A DNA stretch of 61,886 nucleotides, counting the filler, from Perkinsus olseni (taxonomy: Eukaryota), in the NCBI GenBank assembly GCA_013115125.1. It is 2 parts of 2 records of this genome, joined end to end, with 100 filler letters (N's around TTAATTAATTAA, not from the genome) between each part and the next. Parts side by side here need not be neighbours in the genome. Positions count along the whole stretch, not along the records: positions 31,185 to 61,886 come from JABANN010000418.1; 1 more part is not named here. One strand, given 5' to 3'. Below are positions 38,786 to 49,333 of the stretch, in pieces. The position numbers and the translations under genes are program-made. The notes beneath the pieces are model-generated. The model ran no database searches. It had not been told where the DNA came from and saw only the letters and a program-made list of their open reading frames with translations. Position 1 is the stretch's first letter. Every line of letters starts with the position of its first letter.

Positions 38786-39555
38786 CTGGTGATGGAACTT
38801 GCTTGGGGCTGCTTCAACTGATGATCCCACATGTAGGGGCACAATGTGTTCGGAATCTTGCTTCGATCTCGCATTGTTGGGAGATTCACGATTTATAAGT
38901 TCACCAGAATCTGGTGACCAGATGGACGCGAAAATGTTGCGGCTCGATCGGAGCAGAACGCCGATGCTCCCTGTAGCAACACAACACAGCCCGACTATCA
39001 GTCATCCTTCACCAAAACCACATTGGGGGCAAAGAAAAGGCCAACCCAGTCCGATACAACCTACGTGGTAACATTACTTTACGGCAGGGGAATGGGGCAG
39101 TCCGACAGAATGTTGATAGTAGTTTGCATTTCTAGTAGGAAGCTACTTGACCGTCCGGCTGGGCTTGAGCTTCTCCATGCCAACCAAAAGAGACCGCGAG
39201 GACCAGCGAGTTATTCTGGGTTCTGGGTGATCCTAGTTTACAGCATCTCCTAGCGGGAGATCTACGGTTTATGTTGCTTAACAGTCCGTATTGGAGATGG
39301 TCCCTACGCTCGAGCACCGGAAAGGCGAGCGATATCTCCCTCCGTTGCGCGAGCTCCTTTTTCCAGTACATATCGCAACTCGGCATTGGACCGCGTGAGG
39401 TTCTGGATGTCAGTCTAGACCCATGCATCATCGGTTGACGGTGAATTCGGAAGCTGCTTTGGAAGGCCGCGCGGTGACAAACACCACAGATGGCTTCTCT
39501 GCGATGGGCATCGAGAGTGATGCAGATCTGCGCAGTTTCGGAGCTAGAAATAATA

Positions 39556-40369
39556 ATGTCGACCAACCAGCTGATCATCGCATCGTTGGCGACAGCAGTT
39601 GCACTGCTCTCGAGCTTACCCTTCTCTACTGCGATCGGGGCAGCAGCCCTGTTCGACCCGGCTGGTGATGTAGGTTAGCCCACCGATTCTCGTAACCGCA
39701 CTCACAGCGGTCACTGAACCGTGAAGGATAGTCGTTTCTCCGCACAGGTCCGATAGAAACTGTTACTCACTCTTAGGGGCCCTAAGTTAGGGCTACCCCG
39801 AGAGGAAGAAAGCATCATTCGACGAGACAAGAAACGCCACTCACTGTTCCTACAGTAACGACAGGAGAAACTCAGAGCAGTGGGCATCATTGGACTTCTA
39901 CATCACGGGAAGTAGCATCCGAACAGGATCGATCGTTTGTTCCGAGACCAACCGTTGGGATACTTTCCGAGCCGCGTAAGTGATGCATGCAGGATGATAT
40001 AGAATCGAAGAGCCTCTCTACGTTGTAGTTACTGGACTAGCAACGTCCTCAGACTGTACAATCCCGACGTCTTGAGACTTCGCCGTAGCTATTTTTTCCC
40101 ATCGCCCTCCTCCTGAGAACGCCGGCCGGGATCCGCTCAGAGAGGTGCACCTCTCAGCGCCTCGTTTCTACAACATAGGTCGCTGTTCCGACGCCATCAA
40201 GGCTATCAAGCAAAAGTTCGGCGGAACTTTCTCTGACTTGTGCGCGCAGTTCTCCAGAGTTTCTCAGGGAACCGTCAACGCTGCTGTACGGAATGAGTGG
40301 CTGTTTGTTGATGAATTAGAGACACTCACGATGGTATTTCCTCGTCGCGGTCCAGCACCGTCGAGTTGA
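39556..40369 (+). CDS. lineage-specific secreted protein family, copy E (3 exons; frameshift near 40095, possibly a pseudogene)
   Basis: MSTNQLIIASLATAVALLSSLPFSTAIGA; ASLDFYITGS; LRLYNPD. PPENAGRDPLR...FSDLC continues in a shifted frame. Confidence 0.7.
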
Positions 40370-40936
40370 CGCCGTGCCTCAAAAGTTTTATCATATTCAC
40401 CCGGTTCAATCGCTATAACATCGCCGCCTGACCAGACTTATTCGAAAATTGCACGCCGGCATGTCACAGTGATGATTCGGTGGTTGTCCTTGTTTACCCG
40501 ATTTTTGTGTTCACAGAAGTTCCTATGAAAAAGATGTCATCGCGCTGGCACTAGGAAGGTTTCTCACACTACCCATCGTCGTTGATATCGGCTGCCAGTA
40601 AACTCCCCTCGATTTAAAAGGCGCACGATGGCTAGTGCGGCAATTGCGCACAAATCGCAGCGTGTGCGCGCTGTTGACCACCCTTGTATTATAGCTCCCC
40701 TCTTCATCACAACTCACACATGTCTGTCGGTGTCGAAAAACTCATGAGTTCCGAGCCTTGTACGACTCGTACAGGTATGGTGGTTGGCCATGGCTCGGCC
40801 CGAGCAAACAACGCGTGCTTCAGGGAGCAGCGCAGATGAAAGGATGTCACCCCGGTGTCAACTATCATCATCAAAACCACATTGAAGGGTGAGTAAAAAT
40901 CCGCAAGACCCCGGAAGCCAGCACATAACTCTCGCT

Positions 40937-42526
40937 CTAATACGATCCGCCCGAGAGCTGGTCGGCGTGCCCGATCTCCTTTGACGGGCTCTTGACCTCC
41001 GCTTGTGGTTGGTCTGGTAGATAGCGGCCTTGAGCCAGGAAGCCCTCAGTGCGGGGAAAGAGCTTACGCTGCACTATCGACACCGCTAGAGTGACCACGA
41101 CACTTCCCGCCATCACAACAAGGAAGACAATCATCGCCGTTGACGAGTACAGGCCGCCTGGCAACGTATACATTATGAAACCGCCAACGAAGGTGCCGGA
41201 CGAAGCCCAGCCGTAGATCAATATCGCGAGGTTGGCGGCGATAATACCACAGACGGCGCCGAAGGTCGTGACTGTCGAGTAGAGACCGCAGTAAGCCGGC
41301 ATGCAGATCGTAGCAGCGACGAGGTCAGCGACGAGGAAGAGGTTGATAACGGAGATCTCCCTCATGGCCACGACTATCGCCGGGACGTTCATCAGGACCA
41401 ACAGCAGCCGTCCCCAGTTGAGGCTCCACCCACGCTTAACGAACTCTGCAGCGAACACCGACAGGAAGGCCGACTGCAGAGAGTCGACACTTGAGGTTGT
41501 TAGACAGATCGCGAGAACCACAACCGCACCGACTGCCGCGTTCGGCAGAACTCCCAGAAGGTCGAAGAAGGCCAAGGACTTCGTGTACGGGTCCAACGTG
41601 AGGTGGGGTACTGGGCGGGCGCGGTCCTGAGCCTCGGCTAGCATGCCCAGCACGCCAAAGGCGATCATAGTGAGGAATATGAGAGTACCTCCGAGGAGCA
41701 AACCCATCCTCAAGTTGAAGTCATTCTTGGCCGCCCAGACCCTCTGCCAGATGACCATGTCGAGCAGCTGGAAGCCGAGGATAGCTAAGACAAGGGCGAT
41801 GAGGCTTTGGAACCCCAGAGTGCTCCAATTGGCGACGGCATTCCAGTCAGCTGCGGTGATCGTGACGTTGGTAGAAGTGGCGACCACGGCGAAGACGATC
41901 AGACCAACTGCTGCCACACCCTGGGCCATATCGGTCAGAATAGAGACGGGAAGACCGGCGACCAGAGTGTAGCTGAGCGTGATGACCGCTACTGAGAGCG
42001 TCGACAACCACACCGGTATGCCGCTGAACATCCTGATAACTTGTCCAACGGCAGTGTACTCGGCGGTGGTGCTGATCCACATGAGGAAGATGGACACGAG
42101 GACAGCGTAGGCTTGGACGAGGCGGCCGAATCTAGCGAGAATCCAGTCCGTAGCAGCGTACCCTTCACTACCCCCAGCTGCCATATATGAGTTCATCTTC
42201 CTCCTGATCTTCACTCCCAAGACCCAGATGATCGCCATGGGAACGACACAGGCCAGGGCGTATCCAAGAACTCCCCACCAGCCGAGGAACGTGCCAACTT
42301 CGGGCGCGGCGTAGATAACCCAGGTGCCCATACCGCTGGCAAAATAGGAGGCTCCAATCCAAGCCCAACTGAAGCGCTTCCTTGCAGCATAGAAGTCCTG
42401 CGCGGCATCAGCGTTCGACTGCGCCATAACACGACCGCGGAAGACCAGCAGAAGGTAGGCGACGGCCGCGAAGACGCCCAGGGTGATGTAGAGGATGAGG
42501 TAGCCAGAGAGGTTGGAGAGACGCAT
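40937..42526 (-). CDS. sodium:solute symporter family transporter, intronless
   Basis: About 529 aa with many TM segments. QDFYAARKRFSW, GASYFASGMGTW, YTLVAGLPVSILTDMAQG, WQRVWAAK and SSVDS are typical SSF motifs. Confidence 0.88.
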   Translation of the reverse strand: MRLSNLSGYLILYITLGVFAAVAYLLLVFRGRVMAQSNADAAQDFYAARKRFSWAWIGASYFASGMGTWVIYAAPEVGTFLGWWGVLGYALACVVPMAIIWVLGVKIRRKMNSYMAAGGSEGYAATDWILARFGRLVQAYAVLVSIFLMWISTTAEYTAVGQVIRMFSGIPVWLSTLSVAVITLSYTLVAGLPVSILTDMAQGVAAVGLIVFAVVATSTNVTITAADWNAVANWSTLGFQSLIALVLAILGFQLLDMVIWQRVWAAKNDFNLRMGLLLGGTLIFLTMIAFGVLGMLAEAQDRARPVPHLTLDPYTKSLAFFDLLGVLPNAAVGAVVVLAICLTTSSVDSLQSAFLSVFAAEFVKRGWSLNWGRLLLVLMNVPAIVVAMREISVINLFLVADLVAATICMPAYCGLYSTVTTFGAVCGIIAANLAILIYGWASSGTFVGGFIMYTLPGGLYSSTAMIVFLVVMAGSVVVTLAVSIVQRKLFPRTEGFLAQGRYLPDQPQAEVKSPSKEIGHADQLSGGSY

Positions 42527-42748
42527 GTTGGTGAACTCGCTTCCTACGCAGGTATTGTCCTGATCAGGTGGTGACGGTTTGATCTCAGCAAGTACCGAAG
42601 GGATGGTACGAGCACCCGTGCGAGTGCGAAAGTGAAGAGTAAACCTGGAAATGGAAAACGGCAAAGGAAGGCGAAAGTAAAAACTCAGAAACTCTGACGA
42701 TGGAAAAGAAACTTTGCTAGACACTCAAGTATTCGGGTGTGTTTTGGC

Positions 42749-44505
42749 TCACCTACTATGCTGAATCAACAATTTGGACATAACAAACGCTACAAGTGGC
42801 ACGAAGAGGAGTAGAGTACTTCCCCAAAGGAGCGATCGAGGAACGGGAGTGCCGAGGCTGAAGGCAGTGTCTTGGGAGTAGGGCTTGCCGGCCATACCAG
42901 CCACTATCTCGCGCTTGAAGATTTCCCTTGTTTCGGATTGAATCTGACAAGACGAAAAAATCGAGAAAGACCGACAAAATTTATTTCCAGATTCTGAAAA
43001 TGAAATTTTTCGACTCTGAAATTCGGAATTTCCTTTCTGAAAATCGAAATCCGAGAATTTCGGAGGAGAAATACGACACAGTACGCAAGAAAAGCGCAAC
43101 CTCGAGCACCGAATACTGGAGCTGCCTGCCACTTGATGAGAACAGAAAGTGCGAGCCTTCTACTACCTCGGCCACATCCTTCGAGGCGTCCACTGTGATT
43201 GGGTCGCCGAATCTGACGGTCACCTTGGCTCCCGGTATCGGGAAGAGACTTCCCGGCGGCCAGGCAGCGTTGGCGCCGAAGAGGGTCTGAGGGGACAGCC
43301 AGGAGGAGAGTCATCACAACGAGCAATTGAGTGAAAAGCGTACAGCTGGCAGGAATGTCTTGCTCTTGATTTGCTTGACCATGTGAAAGGGGCCTTTTTT
43401 GAACGGCTTCAACTGGTCCGGGCCCCAGGATGGCGCTGAGAATGAACTACTCCAGGCGAGAGAATGGTCGAATAGAACTACTTCTCCTCCGGGTTCCCTC
43501 TGGGGAGATTCCTACCACGTAGCCGCTGTCGATGTGTGCAACAGCAGAATCGAGCTGACTGATCGCCTGGTTGTGCTTTGCCCCTGAGGAAAACAAAGTG
43601 GCAAAGCGGGACGAAAGGGGCCCTACTGTCGATGGCCACGACACCAGTGAGTCGGAAGAGTGTGCCGATAATCGGTATTTTGAATAGACTCTTCTTCGCT
43701 ACGACTCCCATGGGAAGCTGCTTCTGAAAGAGGAAAGAAATGCTCTCTCGACGATGACATTCAGGAAATTTTTTTCTGAGTGAAAGATTTTTTCGTAAAC
43801 CTCTCACATGGTAGATTATAGAAGTCACAAGTGGAACGTTCATCAATCCCAACCAGCCGACCAGAAAAGCAAGAACAGGCTAGAGCACCTTCGAGAAGAT
43901 ATCAAAGCAGGCGGAGACGGCGAAACCGTCCAAGTTGCTGCCGTGAGTGAAGAGCATCAACACACCGTTATCGTCCATCGAGGGAAGCTTGCTGAGAGCC
44001 TGAGAGACAACACTGTGCTAAGTTGGCGAGTCCCTGGAAGCGACTACCTCTCTGTTTTGAACGGACAGTTGCACGCCGGTGGCAGCCATGGCCATGCGCC
44101 CCACACCGACACAACAGTAGGTGCGAGTACGCTTCTTTAGATGACTGTCTTCGGGAAAGAAGTAAACCTGGCATGAGTTGATCGATTAGGACGTGATGGA
44201 ACTGAGGTTGACCAATTCCGTATCCTGTATGGTCAACCTAGTATCTTTCCGTTTCAAAAGATACCCCCTCCCAGCACTACCAGAGCCAGCAGTGTGAATA
44301 TAAAAGGTGCCGAGGCGGCGAAGAGGGCCACGAACAGCAAAGACCGCACTATCTGATCGACCTTCTGGTAGAGCGTCAAGTGCAGCATTTTGTTCGTCGT
44401 TCGACCATCAGCAGGTTTATGATACTCCTCCTCTTCCGAGCTCCCCTCGTCCGAAGACGATACCTTCTGCGTCGTGCTCGCTGACGGTGGTGGTGGCGGT
44501 GGCAT
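42749..44505 (-). CDS. 1-acyl-sn-glycerol-3-phosphate acyltransferase (PlsC family; multi-exon)
   Basis: HGSNLD (HX4D), VAKKSLFKIPIIG, ISPEGTR, FKKGPFH and VRFGDPI. Confidence 0.88.
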
Positions 44506-47500
44506 TGCAACTACTTCAATAGTACTGACGATACGACGCCTATGACGTTTAATTGTGAGTTTGTCTTTCCCGAAGGCCCCCACCACGTAAAGTGAGACTG
44601 GATTTTGGAGACTATCCGATCAACAGGCCTTCCGCGACCGCCGTCAGCGTCCACTCCTTCCTCGAGTAGCTCTCGACGTACACGTGAGCTCCATTCGAGG
44701 ATCGCCCTGAACTCGCTGGATACCCCATGCGAGTCCTGATCAGGCAAGTAGGCCTGTGGCCACGCCGATGGCGGAGGGCATGGCATGAGGAACCTATCTT
44801 ATCCATAAATTCGCTCTGTTGATCATAACCCATGCTCTTCGGCCCAGATTTCACTGGTCCAACTGTTAAGAGTTGATCGCTGATCGCGCGTCATAGCGGA
44901 GCGAAGCGATAATTTTTCCGCAGTTTTCAAGCGCAATATCTTTTGTCTCCACGACTAGCGCCTTCGAACAGTCTCCGACAGGTTTTCTCTCAGTATTATG
45001 TTCTTCCAACTATGACTGAATCGTATCAATACTCCAAACCTTCTCCCCGACTTGCTGCGGTACCGAGCAAATTGATAAGGCCTTACCCGGTTTTTTCGAA
45101 CCGCTATTTCAACCAGCTACTCGTATGGCAATTTCAATTGGTGTGGAAGGTCATCACGGCCATAGTGACCATTCTCAGTGCAGTAAGGTGCTCCGACCCT
45201 CCTCCTGCGTTCATGACTTTTCTCAGATTTTCACTTCTCGAATTCGACAAGAGCCGCTGCCGGCTAAGGAGAGCCTGCGCGGTGGATGTAAAATCAAGGC
45301 AAAGTTGTAAGTATCACACCAATCGGTTGCCGCTTAGTGGTCTGGATGACCATTCCTTACTGCTCACATCGGAGTGAGAGACTACCGTAGAACGTTGGAC
45401 TGAGGGAAAATCGGTAACTCGGGTAACGTAACTGTGGATCGAGGAAAATATACGAGGACGGTGGTCCTCAATTTCTTAGTAGGACTACTGATTCTAGGGT
45501 TTAATGAGTGTATTAACGAGTTGTTACTAGGTGGACGTCAGCGGTATGATCGGGATTTCACGAAATGAAATGGGCCATTTCAAATAGTCGTCTCGGTAAC
45601 GCGCTATGGTGAGTAAATGGACCGCATCTTCGTCTCAATGAGTGGCATGGAAACGCCAAGTGCGTGTCGTGTGCTTTAGTCGTTACTACCGACTCGGTAG
45701 TCGTTGATGCCATCAACTTGATGGGTTGTTATGCGGTCAACTGTGAGGGTTGAAGCAGTCAGCCCGGCGAGTAGTCTTATTATCGTCAGAACTACTGCCA
45801 CACACGTGAGCTTCGTGATAGTCCGCGGAGTTTGAAAGAACCGCGAAAGACTCGCCGGATCACCCAGCCTGGGTGAGATATCGACCTACCTGCAACCCGA
45901 ATTCAAGAATCGACCGTATATACGTCGATCTGGTGCCACACCGTTGCCGATCACTTCACTATCTCTAACCAGGCTGCCGCATTCGAGTAAGTCGTCATCT
46001 TTATCTCCTCTTGCAGAAGAGTTGGGAATGTCCCGCAATGACTCCGAAGACAGACCGCTGGATAGCAGTCAAGGTGTACCGCAGTAACTACGGGCAATGC
46101 ATCACCTTTGAAGAGCCAAGAGGACCCCTGCATATGTTTTGGTCCTCTTTTGCCGACCCGGGAACTTTCTTAACTTAGTAGCTAGCGCGGGTCATCGGAT
46201 TGAGTGGCGTGGTTGAAAGAATGTCGGAGGAAAGGGGCTCAAGAGTCGTGAGCCACGACTCCTGGGCCGGGAGAACCACGCCTGGCATACGAGCATGGGG
46301 ATGAGCCTGGCATTGCAGGCTTGATGCCGGCAGAACTGAACACCTAGGCCGGCTGCGTTGTGATACTGACAGGCTTCTTCACGATCTTGCCTGGTTCTCA
46401 AATGGTCGGTCGGTTCTCAAATGGCTGTTGAACAGCAGCATTCCTGTTTTTCATCTGCGTGATTCACCGAGTATGAAGTGGAAGATTGCTGGCCCTAGGA
46501 AGTTGCCTTTGTGGCTTTCTGTTGCCGGGATCACGTTGAAGTCTGCCTCCCGATGTTGTCACGGTGGAACTCCTGAGGTCCAATCGGGGAGATGAATTCG
46601 GAACGGAAAGCTTGCCGGAAGTCAACTGACATGAACGGCACTTAGATTGCTCAGTATCGCTCTCTAGGCACTGAGCATTTTTAAAGCTCAAGGTCACCCT
46701 TACACCTCGGAGAGGTGCAACCATGCGGTGCACCGAGTATGCGTCACGCATGAATCATGCGGCATGATGCGTGGTAATTAATTCGGGTCCCCTGAGTCAG
46801 GAGACTCAGAATTGCAGCGCAGCGTACCAACTAGATCAATTGCAGTAAACTCAGTTTCTGTCTCACTGTTCCAAGTTCGCTGTTTTTGGTTGTTTCCCTC
46901 TCACCGAAATCTGAAATTCCGACTCTGAATACAGTGCGAGCTGCATTGTGTTCAACCTGATTGCTGAGCCTCCTCCTGGGCCTCCTCCTCCTCTTCCTGA
47001 TTGCCTCACAAATTGTGAGGCAACCCGCATGCTGAGTCTGGTTGGGGCCCATCGTTTGGATTGAGTAGACCTATGCTCTCTTAGGTGCCACGACTTCTCC
47101 AAAGATGACCAACCGATGCCTCAGAATGCGTTTGCTGTGACTCCACCCAATAAGGTGGACCTCTCACACGAAGGATGCAACCCGACAAGGCTGCTACAGA
47201 GCGCTAAGGTACTAAATGGCGTTCGGAAACATTCCTGATAGTTCGAATGGTAGCCTGTCGGGTGATGCACCTCTCGAGCTGTCGCAGATACCACTGAGCT
47301 GAGCTCAGTGAGCTCATTCTCGCTCTTTCAGGTCTCCACCAGCTTGTCGTTGGCCAGCGGTCTGCGGCGCATCCCGGGTATAGGATTGGGGATAGCCTCT
47401 GGAAAGGATACTAACGCTCTATTGGAAGTGACAGTTTCACACAATACGATGGAGTCTATTAAACTCGTGCTGACCAAGCCGGTAGCGCTTTATGATATCA

Positions 47501-47577
47501 AGTAGGTCGGATAGGCGGAAAAGATTCCTTATGGAGAATCTTTCAGGCGAGCACTGCGCAACTACAACGACATTGCT

Positions 47578-49023
47578 GTGAGGCCTCAGCGGAAATCCTT
47601 CCGCGGTCGGATACTCAGCCTGGCCAGCTGGGGCTTTGAGCTGATGGAGCGCCTCGGCATTATCATCTGCCTATCATCAGCGAAGTCCCTGGCCGCGCCA
47701 AGTGCCCACGGGGCTTTGCGCCTCAGTTTCAATGGTTTCATATCATTCGCGGGAGGCCTCATCAGGCTGCCATTCCGTGACATTGTTGTTCCTGAGGAGA
47801 TTATCCCACTACCGCTGGCCCGCCTCGATCTGGTCGGCTATTTCGCAACCGCTGCGGGCAATCACACCTGTGTCCAGAGCAATAAGGGAATGGTCAGAAT
47901 CGATGAGAAGCCGGACGAATTTGCGCGAGTCCTGTCCGATTTGATAGTCGGAGCGAAGTTCTCGGTGGTCTCGAGATTCCTCATACCTGAGGTGGAGGTT
48001 GCTAACGTTTTGGGCGATCTATCTGTTATTACGACGACTATCACTCACAAGGCTGGCGGGTCGAAGGTCATGTACATGCGTGCAGCTGGGTCGTACCATA
48101 ATGATTGCGAAAAAGATGGTATGAGTCTTTCTCTGGATGATCTCAAGTTGAAGGAAGACTCCCCCTCTATTCTGAAGGCGAGATGGGTCGGCACTAAGCT
48201 GGGCAGCCTGAGGAAGGATGCTCCGTTGGAAGGTCGACTCTCGGTGGAAATGTTCGACACGCAGATTTTGTCGCAGTCGATCGAAGTGAGTGTGGACTAC
48301 TGCAATCCTGTAGTGAGGGGGTGCGTTCACAGTCCGGTAGAAGTTTCAAGTTTGGTGGTATGTGGCAAAGCCGAGATGACTGTGAAGGCCGCCTCGGTCG
48401 CCAAGCTGCTCGACAATGCGGCTGAGAACATCGAAATCGACTCGGATGTCTGCCTGGACTACTCTTCAATCATTTCTCTCACGAAGGGACTCATTGACGA
48501 CGGTCTTGCCAAGGTTTATGGCAATGCTAGAAATTTCGAAATTCGCGGAAAAGTTGTGGCTGATGGGAAAAAACAGGACGCCGTGGATCGCCTGAAAGTG
48601 ACTGCGGTAGCGAGGACGAACAACGCCTTCCCCCTCGCGGTTTCCACTGTGCTCCCTCTGCCGGTCTTCCCCGAGTTGAACATGTCCAGCAGCGACAAAG
48701 TTACTATCGCGGGCTCGGCAAGGCTGACAGCGAGTGGCGGTTTCAGATTTACGGAGAAGGGCGTGAGCTGTGATGATTCGGTTGTGGACGTGGAAGTATC
48801 GAATCCTGTGCGGGCGAAGTTCTTGCGGAGGGAAGTGGTCTTGCCGTCTCGTACCCATCTGAAGGCGGTTATCAATATGCTGCATGTGGGCTATGACGGC
48901 TTGGCGCAGACAGATATGATGGTCACGCTGGACGAAACTTATCTTCATTTTTCCGGCTGCAATGGTGGTGGTACTGCCGCCTTGCGACTCAGACCAGTCA
49001 CTCTACCGGTGAGCATCAGGTAG
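47578..49023 (+). CDS. hypothetical protein (long open exon; true start probably spliced)
   Basis: 481-codon uninterrupted ORF, Val/Ser-rich with beta-strand-like patterning. No recognised motif. Confidence 0.65.
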   Translation: MRPQRKSFRGRILSLASWGFELMERLGIIICLSSAKSLAAPSAHGALRLSFNGFISFAGGLIRLPFRDIVVPEEIIPLPLARLDLVGYFATAAGNHTCVQSNKGMVRIDEKPDEFARVLSDLIVGAKFSVVSRFLIPEVEVANVLGDLSVITTTITHKAGGSKVMYMRAAGSYHNDCEKDGMSLSLDDLKLKEDSPSILKARWVGTKLGSLRKDAPLEGRLSVEMFDTQILSQSIEVSVDYCNPVVRGCVHSPVEVSSLVVCGKAEMTVKAASVAKLLDNAAENIEIDSDVCLDYSSIISLTKGLIDDGLAKVYGNARNFEIRGKVVADGKKQDAVDRLKVTAVARTNNAFPLAVSTVLPLPVFPELNMSSSDKVTIAGSARLTASGGFRFTEKGVSCDDSVVDVEVSNPVRAKFLRREVVLPSRTHLKAVINMLHVGYDGLAQTDMMVTLDETYLHFSGCNGGGTAALRLRPVTLPVSIR

Positions 49024-49333
49024 TAAGCGGGGAGAGGCGACCATGCTGGTGGTCTGGGAACGGGCTCAGACATTGAGGGTTCTCTCGGGCCCTTGAGTCG
49101 GGAGTGGTTGATAGCATCCGTTTTCGTTATCCTATAGAGCTCAGTTGACATCAGTGTTCTTCGTATCGTTAATGATTTTCAGTGGTGTCATATCTGCATG
49201 ACAGATACTCATAAAAAGTATTTGAATGAATTTGATAAATGCTCTGTTCATAATAGTACATTCGGCAATCACAAAACTACTGATTTGATGAGTAGGTGAT
49301 CTCATGACCATACTCTCTTATATTGAACAATAG

